A stretch of 60,628 bases of DNA, the filler included, from Porpidia crustulata (Eukaryota): NCBI GenBank assembly GCA_964255105.1. It is 14 parts of 14 records of this genome, joined end to end, with 100 filler letters (N's around TTAATTAATTAA, not from the genome) between each part and the next. Parts side by side here need not be neighbours in the genome. Positions count along the whole stretch, not along the records: positions 21,763 to 26,001 come from CAXUWE010002117.1; positions 26,102 to 30,339 come from CAXUWE010002118.1; positions 30,440 to 34,674 come from CAXUWE010002119.1; positions 34,775 to 39,009 come from CAXUWE010002120.1; 10 more parts are not named here. One strand, given 5' to 3'. Below, one piece after another: positions 25,287-35,522 of this stretch. Each line of letters begins with the position of its first letter. Position 1 is the first letter of the stretch. Below the pieces are notes generated by a model. It was not told the origin of the DNA. It saw nothing but the letters and a program-made list of their open reading frames with translations, and did no database searches. Position numbers and translations under genes: made by a program.

Positions 25287-25739
25287 ATGTCGGAGCCTCA
25301 GAGTAACGACACTAATCCCAATGCGACACACTCATCAACGGATACAAAGACTACAGGGGCAGGGGAGCCTCTTTATGGCGGCTATACCCGCTTCGAGCTT
25401 GAATTAGAGGTGCCCTCTTTACCCCAACAGCCTCCCTCTACCCCATATCTCCCAGCTAACTTCTCGAATCTCAAGTTTGTTCAATCCCTCGCGAACCCCT
25501 ACTACCTCAACTTCCTCGCCTCCCAGAAACTCCTCAGCGATCCGACTTTCATCTCCTACCTGCATTATCTCCAATACTTCCAGAAACCAGAGTACATCAA
25601 GTACCTGTTATACCCAGGGCCGACGCTCAAGGCATTGGTGCTGCTGCAACAGGAGCAGTTTCGACAAGACATCTTGAGTCCGGATACAGTGGCAAGGTTG
25701 GCCGAGAGCCAGGTACTGGCGAGCATTGCGCCACGATGA
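25287..25739 (+). CDS. MED31: Mediator subunit Med31/Soh1, one intron (25410-25475)
   Basis: TRFELELE | FVQSLANPYYLNFLA...YLHYLQYFQKPEYIKYLLYPGPTL...LLQQEQFR. Confidence 0.95.
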   Translation: MSEPQSNDTNPNATHSSTDTKTTGAGEPLYGGYTRFELELEVPSLPQQPPSTPYLPANFSNLKFVQSLANPYYLNFLASQKLLSDPTFISYLHYLQYFQKPEYIKYLLYPGPTLKALVLLQQEQFRQDILSPDTVARLAESQVLASIAPR

Positions 25740-25783
25740 ATCCAAATAGCATAAACCCCATCAAATGACCCAATCTTGCCAAA

Positions 25784-25977
25784 TCAATTCTCTTTCCACC
25801 GTTGCCCACACGTCGTACACTAGAAGAAGACATCAGCAACCAAACCCAACCCTACCCAAGAACCAAAGCTCAAAAACCATACCTTGTAAAACGTAGTCAT
25901 CGGCTCATCCGCACTCCGAATCTGCACCTGATAGAAAAACGCCTGCGCACCCTCACACCCTTCCCGCGGACATTGCG
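25784..25977 (-). CDS. RPC11: RNA polymerase III subunit C11, last two exons (5' part beyond contig end)
   Basis: Exon 25977-25883 QCPREGCEGAQAFFYQVQIRSADEPMTTFYK, intron 25882-25820, exon 25819-25784 CTTCGQRWKEN*: TFIIS-type Zn ribbon with the QIRSADEP and WKEN pattern of C11. Not in the ORF track. Confidence 0.85.
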
Positions 25978-26101
25978 CTGTCAAGCCCGTCAGCATGATC
26001 CNNNNNNNNNNNNNNNNNNNNNNNNNNNNNNNNNNNNNNNNNNNNTTAATTAATTAANNNNNNNNNNNNNNNNNNNNNNNNNNNNNNNNNNNNNNNNNNN
26101 N

Positions 26102-26980
26102 GAGGAGTTGTGGGTGTATTGCTGTGGCATGGCCGGGATGGGGGTGGGTTCGGAGACGATGGTGGATCGGAGGATGCCGACGGGAGAGGGAGTCATCTGG
26201 GGGGAGGGTTAGATGTGTGATAAAGACTGGATGGGGTCTCTTACTGTTATCTTGATTGAATCGTCAATGTCTAACTCGTCAGGTTAGACGTTGATTGGGT
26301 ATTTTTGCGAAGCTGACATGGAGCGTACCTGAGATTACTAACCACCCCTCTGGCTCTGCAAACGTCGTAGTCATGGGACCGTAGGGAGTTACATCTTGAA
26401 GAACGGTGGGTATAGAGACGCTCTCCCGGTCTTTATGCTCTGCTATGTTCGCGATGGTCTGCTCACTGACAGCGCTCCGTCCACCGGGACCCAATTTTTT
26501 GACATCTCCACCGGGAAATCCGACCTCCACAAAGCGAGCAGGCGCTATCGTGCGCACAAAATGTTGAAGTCGCCGTTCGATCGTCTTCAGCCCTGCTTCT
26601 CGGTCTTCACCGGGTCGTCCCAGTCCAATCTTGTCTGCTATTTCCGCGACAGCTTTTGTCAAGTCCTTGTGGACATGCTTCTTGAAGAAGGCGACCACAT
26701 ACTCTGCCTGCCATGGTTGAGGATCATGAGAATGTTTGTGCACTGGTCGATAGGCGGTGTTGTCAAGAAGCCATACAATCTCTGTTGAAGGGTCGATGTT
26801 CTTCGCAAGTGGGTTGCGCCCGCCAAAGTATGATGTCACGTTGTCAAGCACCGGAATATTCCAAAAGCGAGAGCCGAGTGGAACTGACAAGCTCTTTTCC
26901 TCCTGCGAAAAGTGTCCCGCAGAGCGAGTCTCACGCTCTTGCTTCGTCTCTTCTAATTCCTGGCGAATACTGTCCATCAT
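26102..26980 (-). CDS. App1-like phosphatidate phosphatase (DUF2183), 3' truncated
   Basis: VWLLDNTAYR, WQAEYVVAFF, then spliced GWLVISD | IDDSIKIT | MTPSPVGILRST (DxDx[T/S] motif on a 26-nt exon, 26270-26245). Start codon uncertain. Confidence 0.8.
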
Positions 26981-28797
26981 GGCTGACGTTGCGTAAAAGA
27001 TGCGACCTAGAGCTTTTTTGACAGATGCGAAGGGCGAGCGCTCATGAAACAGCAGGACAAGCAGTGAACAATCATGGACGCAGAGCAGCAGACCAATCCT
27101 GGGCAGGCGTCCACGTATTTCTCCCATGACGACGACCTCAAACTGGGAAATATGCACGTGTCCCGCTTATTGGTCGATGAAGATCGTCGAATGCGTTGGC
27201 TTGGTGAAACGGCGAAGGTGGAGCGGAAGGGCGATCATCAGGCCTCCACGCCCTCGTGATCTTGGCACCACGAGACAGAAAGCAAACGTTTATGGAACTT
27301 TGATCAACTATCAACACTCACGCTGGCGGGCATCGCTGGATGACAAGCGCAAGCGCGATGTGTAGATAAATACAGGGTTTGTCTCGAAGAATGTGGTTGC
27401 GAAACTCATACCAAGTCACCGAAGCTACATATGACGCCAGCACTGTTGACTCTCCATTGCATCGATTCCATCCGAAAGATACGCAGTGAAAGTTGCTCGT
27501 GTTTATGCATGCAGCCCTCGCGTCTATCCCGGATCTTTTCATGGGATTCTTTTACTTGCTCTACTCTACCTTATCTCATTCCTGTCCGGTCTCTCTGAAT
27601 GTTATACAAGCCATGACCTAGTCTTCGTGTCGAAGGCACGTGGTATGAAGACTCGATACCAGTGACGTTCCATTGTGCTCGTCGACCTTCAGCTCTATTG
27701 TGGTTCTTATTGGTCTCAAAAAAAACATAGTAGATACCTGGTGGAATACGTCGATCTGCAAAAGATATATATTCGGGCGAGACTTGCCCCAGAACCCAAA
27801 TCTGTTTTCGTCCGGCTCTTGAAGAATCTTCATCGCTTTTACAAATCGTTGACAGCACTTCGTAAAGACACTACAATTGATTTTCTTACGACTTCAATCA
27901 ATCTGAAGTTCCAGATCCTTGCGGTCAAAACGTTGAATTTCTGTCTATGGCGTCGGAAACCCAGGACAATGCACATTGTGTGAGCTTGAGTCTATCGATA
28001 AGTAATGTCTCCTATCAATGCTCCCAGTGGCGAAGAACTTCTGGTTCCTGGGACGTCTATATCGTGGTTCTGGTCTTGACGCCTTTCATTCCACAATCTG
28101 CAGGATCGATCAGGAGGGAGAGTGTTGGATTTCTCTCCCACTTTAAAGAATGCGTGCGATGATCTGCAGCTTTGAGTTGGCCAACCCAGCGCGCGCAGAT
28201 AGAATACGTGGGAGACGTGCCACCAGTATGGACAGCGAGAGGTGCATTGACGAGGAAGCAACTTCACTAGTGTATCAGGAAGCGCCCGACGGCTGAGAGC
28301 GGTTCTGTTTCCTAATTACTTGCTGACGATCCCTATGGTATATTCCAGTAGGAACAGCACCTTGCAAAACATGGCTAAGGATTTCGAAACTCGAGATCAT
28401 ATACTAGAGAAATTGAAACCACAAGTACAATATCTACTTTCGGAGGAAAAACGTCGCCCTCCGAAGTGGACATGGCCTTTATATTCCTTTGGGCTACAGA
28501 TATGATCTGAGCTGGAATCTACTATGGTATCTTTCTGTAGGATCGCTAACTTCAAGACTGGTAAGTCAAAAGGCTGGGCAATGAAAGGATAGCTCAAATG
28601 CTGTTATCAGGACGCTCGAAGGTTGAAATTGTTTTGCTGATACGCTACATCTTGAAACGTTTGGTACAATGTCAGCTCAGCCGTTGTGTAACGCCACGTT
28701 TCTATAAGACTTCTGCGTTCTGTTGTCGATTGACAGCCGCGTGCCAAACCGTCAGTCTCTACCTTTTCTTCTTATAGTGTATGTCTTCGTCCCAATA

Positions 28798-29870
28798 ATG
28801 TACTTATATATTCTTATTTTTCTCATCTCATTAACACGACTGGTGCCAACGCTTGCGCAGCAACCGTGCTACTGGCCCAACGGCTCAATCCCTTCACCTG
28901 GCCAAAGCTACTGGGTCAATTGTAAAGCAACCGAAGATAGTACTTGCTGCTTGAATGGCGATGTTTGTTTATCCAACGGTCTTTGCTATGGACCAGGCAT
29001 AGGCATGGTATGCCTGTTTATACGAATTCTCTATTGCGTAATATGAAATATGATTGCGTTGGTTTTGATCCGAGGACTGACTGTGATATAGACATATCGA
29101 GGTGGATGTACGGTCAAGGATTGGAGCAATAACACGGCTTGCCCGACTCAGTGGTGCAACGAAAGTTAGCTTCGCACCCCTTTCATTCAGCCTAATCTTT
29201 CTATATTTATCGATAGACAAGACCAAGGACTGACTTTAACTCTAAAGTACAAGTCAACAGTTGGAGCAATCTATGGCGATGCCCGTCCGTGAATAACGGT
29301 TTCATTCAATGGTGGTGTGGAAACGAAAGCGTCACACCAGCTTGCCATTCGGGCGACCAAGCGCACCTTGTGGATTATAGTAGTGGAAGCATCCTAGGAG
29401 TTGGTCCTGTTACGCCCACGCCATGTTCTACCATAGGAACCCAAATCTACTCAACCTCGTTCCACGCATCTAACACACCGACCACCCTTACTACTACTCA
29501 AAATGCGGCATCAGTACCACCGACCGCGACGCCCCCGCCCCAAAGCCAGCCGTCTCAATCAGCGACAGCAATCGGGGCTGGCATCGGGGTCCCACTTGGT
29601 ATCGCTGCTACAGGATTCCTTGGTCTAATTTTCTGGAGGGAGAGAAGGCGAAGAAAACCCCACAACAACCCAGAGACGATGCGTCCGAAGCACGACACGA
29701 CGCAAGCCCATAATGGTTGGGGCGCAGAATTGTGGGATACCCCCTTACGTCGAGAGCTTCATGGCAGCGGAGGCACCATCGAATTGCAAGGAACAGGATC
29801 ACGTCCAGAGCTGTCCGGCGGCGAAGTGCCGCCGAGATTGCCGCACGCTCAGTCAATACTGAGATCATGA
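28798..29870 (+). CDS. Single-pass cell-surface protein: signal peptide, Cys-rich ectodomain, S/T stalk, TM helix, cytoplasmic tail (Mid2-like architecture)
   Basis: MYLYILIFLISL..., CYWPNG, STCCLNGDVCLSNGLC | YRGGCT..W...CP..C |, AIGAGIGVPLGIAATGFLGLIFWRERRRRK; two introns. Confidence 0.8.
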
Positions 29871-29927
29871 GAACGGGCCAACCCAGCTACCCTGTTATCA
29901 ACTTTTCCAGAAAGGGACGTACAGTCG

Positions 29928-30339
29928 CTACCTTACTACGTGCTCACGATCCCTCTGGAAATCGACCGGCAATTCATACCGACACGTCACCGTCACTTCG
30001 CTACTCGTTAGCTCACGGATTCGCGGATACCCAGCGGACTGAGCTTTCTTACTCGCCTTCCCGACAACCAAGCAACTAGAAACGCTCGCCGCGGTAATGT
30101 AAACGCCAAAAGACACAAGCCCCCCGCTAATCAACGATAAATTCTTCAACGCATCACGAGCTTCAGCATAATAAGCTGTGAGAGCTTCCGGTCTCTCTAG
30201 CTTGACACTTGCGGTCTTCGGAATTTCCCACGCGGAAATCGGTCCAGCCCTCATACGAGACTGCAAGATCGGTCCAAACACCGCCAGGGAATTCCATCTG
30301 CCTGAAGCGAGATCGCCCACCCCATACATTCCCAAACCG
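29928..30339 (-). CDS. Possible C-terminal fragment of an unidentified gene entering from the contig edge
   Basis: About 135 open codons from the contig end; no family recognised. Confidence 0.3.
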
Positions 30340-30439
30340 NNNNNNNNNNNNNNNNNNNNNNNNNNNNNNNNNNNNNNNNNNNNTTAATTAATTAANNNNN
30401 NNNNNNNNNNNNNNNNNNNNNNNNNNNNNNNNNNNNNNN

Positions 30440-30491
30440 GGTGGGGCGCTGTCTCGTTTGAGGGTGTGTCTCGTTTGAGGGTAGACTACGT
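30440..30491. mobile_element. Terminal inverted repeat end of a pogo/Fot1-type DNA transposon (rest of element beyond contig start)
   Basis: TGTCTCGTTTGAGGGT twice (30450-30465, 30467-30482), ending ...ACTACGT followed by TA; same layout as the terminus at 53562-53624. Confidence 0.6.
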
Positions 30492-30915
30492 TAATAGAAA
30501 TATCCCATGTTGCAATAGAAAATGGACCAACCACCCTCGTTTAATTCGTCGCCTTTTTGTTGTACAGTTTTGCAGGGCTTCACTCCTTCTACAAACGGGG
30601 CATTCTCAAGAAAATCTCGAGAGGCTCGTGACTGAATGTATCATAAAATTGTGCCTCGTGCGCGGTACAGCGGTGTGAACAAGCACCCGGTGTTGAACGT
30701 TGGTTATTCATCGGGCGAATGGGAGTCTGTCAGCCCAAATACTACTTCATTTTCGCCAGCAAGTCACCATCCATCTTCATTGTTTGATCTGGCGCAATCT
30801 TTAATTCCTCTGTGCATCCATTGAAAAGCGAGAGGCCGTGAATCGACTGCTTGCATCTTTGATCTAGCAAAGCAATATTCACCATCCAGAGATATTATCA
30901 GGTATCTCAGTCAAA

Positions 30916-32091
30916 ATGGTTCAGTACTACCCACCACCTGATTATCAAAAGCTGCTTCCACCGTTCCTTGCCTGTCTACCTACAGCGTTTGCATCGCCGC
31001 GACCTCCCCCAGCATTACTACCGCTTTTATCGCCGATGCTTCGTCAACGAGTTCAACTACTCTCCGCAACAGCCGAAACGCCCACACAGTCCTGGCTACC
31101 TTTGTTGTGCCGGGAACCCAGGTCCACAGAAAAGTCAGAAAAGTTGGCTAAAATAATCGAGAGTGACGCGTTTGAACTACACCCTGTTTCGGGAGAAATC
31201 GAGTTTCGAGACGTAGATATCAAATACAGGCGGCTAGACCAGGAGACTCTACAGGCCAAAGTCTCGCTGACGGATCTGGATCTAGATGTAATATACCTGT
31301 GGTGTGAAGGAGATCAAGGAGGTGGCGGGGACGGCTGGCGAGTGTGCGAGGTCACTCCGCTGGATAGTCTTGCAGTACATGAAACCTGGTGGGCGACAGC
31401 AAGTGAAGCAGATGAAAATGCCCGTGAGCATACAACGACAGCGGATGCACGAAGGCAAATTGACGCCCGCAAAGGTTCACCTCAAGTGAATGGGACCGTT
31501 CATGCCAGCAGCGTAATCGACGACAGCGACGACGACGATGACGATTACTGGGCTCAATATGACAATACTCCGGCAAGAACCCCAGCACCAAAGCATTTCC
31601 CTCAATCGTTACAACCAGCCTTGGTGCAGGGTCGATCACGGACGAAATCAGAAGCCGAATACTTCGCCCAGTACGCTCAGGTTCAACCGCAGATGGATAG
31701 CGAAGATCCATCGGAAGACCGTAATGGGATGGGAGAATCTACTCTGAACGGCGACACATTAACATCCTCGATTAGTTATGCTTCGGAAACAGATAAGCAT
31801 GACAGATCAGACTCTCACGCAGCGTCCAACGGTTTCACAAACGGTACGGCAGAGTCGAGTATAAGCCAACCAAGTGCCTCGTCACCCACGCTCGTCCCCG
31901 ATGCTCTTTCGCGCATGGAAGACTCAGTGGAGCTTCTTTCGAACTCGGATCCAGCGATTCGGCAACATATCAGCACGAGCATCAAGAGCTTGTTCCGGCT
32001 CTCGCAGAGTACAGGCATGGACAGACAGGAATTTGACCGGCTTGTACACACGGAACTTGAAACCTTGGAGATGATGGACTTGGATTCATGA
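30916..32091 (+). CDS. Conserved-looking fungal hypothetical protein, 391 aa, intronless
   Basis: CAAAATGG start, long ORF; LLPPFLACLPTAFASPRPPPALLPLLSPMLRQR, acidic DDDDDDYWAQYD motif, helical C-terminus. Function not recognised. Confidence 0.8.
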   Translation: MVQYYPPPDYQKLLPPFLACLPTAFASPRPPPALLPLLSPMLRQRVQLLSATAETPTQSWLPLLCREPRSTEKSEKLAKIIESDAFELHPVSGEIEFRDVDIKYRRLDQETLQAKVSLTDLDLDVIYLWCEGDQGGGGDGWRVCEVTPLDSLAVHETWWATASEADENAREHTTTADARRQIDARKGSPQVNGTVHASSVIDDSDDDDDDYWAQYDNTPARTPAPKHFPQSLQPALVQGRSRTKSEAEYFAQYAQVQPQMDSEDPSEDRNGMGESTLNGDTLTSSISYASETDKHDRSDSHAASNGFTNGTAESSISQPSASSPTLVPDALSRMEDSVELLSNSDPAIRQHISTSIKSLFRLSQSTGMDRQEFDRLVHTELETLEMMDLDS

Positions 32092-32635
32092 TAGACTTAT
32101 TGATAGGATCTAGTACCATTAAGATGGGTGTTTGCATTGCATTGCTGGAGCGAACCATGGGCCTTTCCAACAAATATCTCGAACATCATGCTCACAATAA
32201 GTTTTCCTGTTCAACCAAGCCTTTCAGTAAATAATTTCAATAACCTCCAACTTCCACGAAACAAATTGTAGACGCCAGCTCTCACACATGAAAGTCTTGG
32301 CTATTGTGACCGAGTGTGGCTATCTCAAGCCCCATGCACAGTGGCCCAGCTGCCGTACCCCTGTTCGCCTTACGAGGCGACAGCCCCGGGGAGAAAAGCG
32401 CGCCGAGGACACGAAATCCATTTCACTCCAGGAGCTGTCACATTCTCACTGTGACAAGCAGTTCAATCGGAGCACCACTCAGGGTCAACAAAATTCTACT
32501 CCGGAACTCCTCGATGAGTCTCGGCTTTGATCCAATTGATTTTCATCTGTGACCTGACATCGGCCCCGAGATTTTTGGGCGCCCTCAGTCCTCCGGCACT
32601 CATTCTTTCCTTTCTTCACGTTGCATTCTACAACC

Positions 32636-34608
32636 ATGTCTTCTGGCACACTGAAACAGCGAGGCGGGCAAAGCGGGAAGAAAGCTACCTCAATCCCTCC
32701 GACTCCTAATGACGACGTGCTCGACAGCCTTGCGCCGCAAAGTTCGGGAATCAAAGCGGGGTGGGATTACAAGCTTGCCCTTGCTATGATAACGGCGATA
32801 GCATTTGTGACACGATTTTGGGGCATTGGGCATCCTAACGAGGTGGTTTTTGATGAAGTACATTTTGGAAAGGTAAGGAAGAAGAGAATCGACTGAGCAG
32901 GCGGCATTCTCCAAGATGGACGACGAAAGCGAGAATTACTGGCTAATCATCACTACATAGTTTGCGTCATATTATCTGCAAAGAACTTACTTTTTCGATG
33001 TTCACCCACCGTTTGGAAAACTTCTTTTCGCCCTCATGGGCTGGTTCGTCGGCTATGATGGACACTTCCTCTTCGACAACATTGGAGACTCCTATATTAC
33101 CAACAATGTACCCTATGTCGCGTTTCGAGCTTTACCTGCCCTACTCGGAGCTTTGACAGTCCCAACGGTCTTCCTCATCATGTGGGAATCAGGATATACT
33201 GTGCCAGCTTGCATTGTATCGGCAGGGCTGGTTCTCTTCGACAATGCCCACATCGGACAGACTCGACTTATCCTTTTGGATGCAACACTCGTCTTTGCCA
33301 TGTCTGTAAGCATCCTGTCGTATGTGCGATTCTACAAGCTACGCCACACTCCGTTTAGTCGCAAATGGTGGAAATGGCTATTACTCACAGGAGTGGCCCT
33401 GAGCTGCACGATATCCACCAAGTACGTCGGAGTCTTTGCGTTCTTCACCATAGGAGCTGCCGTTGCCATTGATCTCTGGGGTTTACTAGACGTCAATAGG
33501 CGACAAGGAGCTTTGACTCTTCCTGAATTTGGAAAACACTTTGCTGCTCGCGCGTTTGGCCTGATACTGATGCCTTTTTTCTTTTATCTATTTTGGTTTC
33601 AGGTTCACTTTGCCATTCTTATAAGATCAGGGCCAGGTGATGACTTTATGTCTCCTGAATTTCAAGAAACTCTGAGTGACAACATCATGAGCGCGAATGC
33701 GGTCAACATTGACTATATGGACTCGATCACCCTCAGACACAAGGAAACAAAGACATATTTACACAGTCATCTCGACAGGTATCCATTGAGGTATGATGAC
33801 GGAAGAGTGTCGAGTCAGGGCCAACAAGTTACCGGGTACCCATTCAACGACACCAACAATCATTGGCAGATCCTCCCGGGTCCAGATGTTTCATCGTCAG
33901 ATGCTGAACAGGGCCATCACGTCAAGAATGGCGATATCGTCCGGCTTCGTCATATAGTGACCGACAGCTTTCTTCTAACCCACGACGTAGCTTCTCCGTT
34001 CTTTCCTACCAATCAAGAATTCACCACGGTGCCTCCAGACATAGCAAACGACGAGCGATATAATGACACTCTATTCGAGCTCAAGATCGAAAATGCCAAA
34101 GGCCGACAAGATTTCAAAAGCATGTCAGGTCATTTTAAGCTGGTACACCACCCGACCAAAGTGGCCATGTGGACTCATACAACACCACTACCTGATTGGG
34201 CCTACAAACAAAACGAGATTAACGGGAACAAGATTATTCAGCAATCCAGTAACGTCTGGTACGTGGATGAAATCCCTTCGATCCCGCCGGACAGCGAACG
34301 TCATGCCCGAGAAGAACGCAAAGTCAAGCATGTGCCTTTCTTGAAAAAGTATTTTGAACTTCAGCGAGCGATATTCTTCCATAACAATGCTTTGACTAGC
34401 AGCCATCCGTATGCGAGTCAGCCGATCCAGTGGCCATTTCTGCTGAGGGGGGTCAGCTTTTGGACACAGAATGATACCAGACAGCAGATTTACTTTCTAG
34501 GGAACCCGATTGGATGGTGGCTGGCTAGTAGTTTACTAGCTGTTTTCGCCGGAATCATTGGCGCGGATCAATTATCTATGAGACGAGGCATCGACAGCCT
34601 TGATGAGC
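32636..34608 (+). CDS. PMT4: Dolichyl-phosphate-mannose protein O-mannosyltransferase, PMT4 subfamily; 3' truncated
   Basis: VVFDEVHFGK | FASYYLQRTYFFDVHPPFGKLL, RLILLD, SGPGDDFMS, MIR-domain LHSH...RVSSQGQQVTGY, HPYASQP, IYFLGNP; intron 32873-32960, next donor at 34609. Confidence 0.93.
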
Positions 34609-35522
34609 GTGAGTCTCCCTTCGCCATAACCCTCCGTCCTACCAAAACATCTTAACCCCCCCTAACCCCCCGTCNNNNNNNNNNNNNNNNNNNNNNNNNN
34701 NNNNNNNNNNNNNNNNNNTTAATTAATTAANNNNNNNNNNNNNNNNNNNNNNNNNNNNNNNNNNNNNNNNNNNNGCGCCATTGATTGTGCTTGAGCGTGA
34801 TTAGTAATCCTGGCATCCGGTAAGATGCGCTATCAGTGGGTCTGGATGAGGAATCATCTTGACAATTATTCCGCACTTCTTTCCAACATAGAGTACTAGA
34901 TACTCCTTTCTAATCACGGACCAAACATAGTAATACTTCGCCTCAATTCGTGAGTTATTAGATCATTATGGACAATATCTGTACACTATCTATTGCCATT
35001 ATATGCGGCCAGTGCGGCTGTCCTGCCTTCAACTATTATGATACACTTTTCAATTGCCTCCGGAAACGGCATCATGGTTCTCTTCCCTTCCGTAGGGTGA
35101 TACCTCGAAATAAAGCGAATGATATGCTTCCAGGGGGATGCCTCGGTCATCTTCTGATTTACCAAAACCATGACCATTCAATGTAGTCACGTAGTCAGAC
35201 GAGGCTCCAACTCTTTCTAGCCAAATGCAAGTGTTGGAGCTATTGGTCCGAAGCAGATGCTTAGATGCAGTGTAGCACCGGCTCTTAAGTTCGCTCTTAT
35301 AATCAGTATTCACAGGAAATCCCAGACAGTGTGGGGAGGCCACATATAGCAAAGTCTTGAACAAGTAAATCAAGTAGCAATCAGTTTGTCGGTGCCAGTG
35401 CAAGGCGAGGGTATAGCACAAAGACCGAAATCATCATCGCTAGGGGAATCATATCGGTAGACAATATATGAAAGTAGTAAAGGAGTGTCGCGTAGAACTC
35501 GTCGTCTATAGCACAGTGCTAA

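Noticed and set aside
27900..28565. Short broken ORFs that might be a decayed gene
   Set aside because: No recognisable motif or consistent exon structure.
34652..34672. TAACCCCCCCTAACCCCCC at a contig end, telomere-like
   Set aside because: Not a (CCCTAA)n array; lies in a PMT4 intron where CTAAC is the expected branch site.
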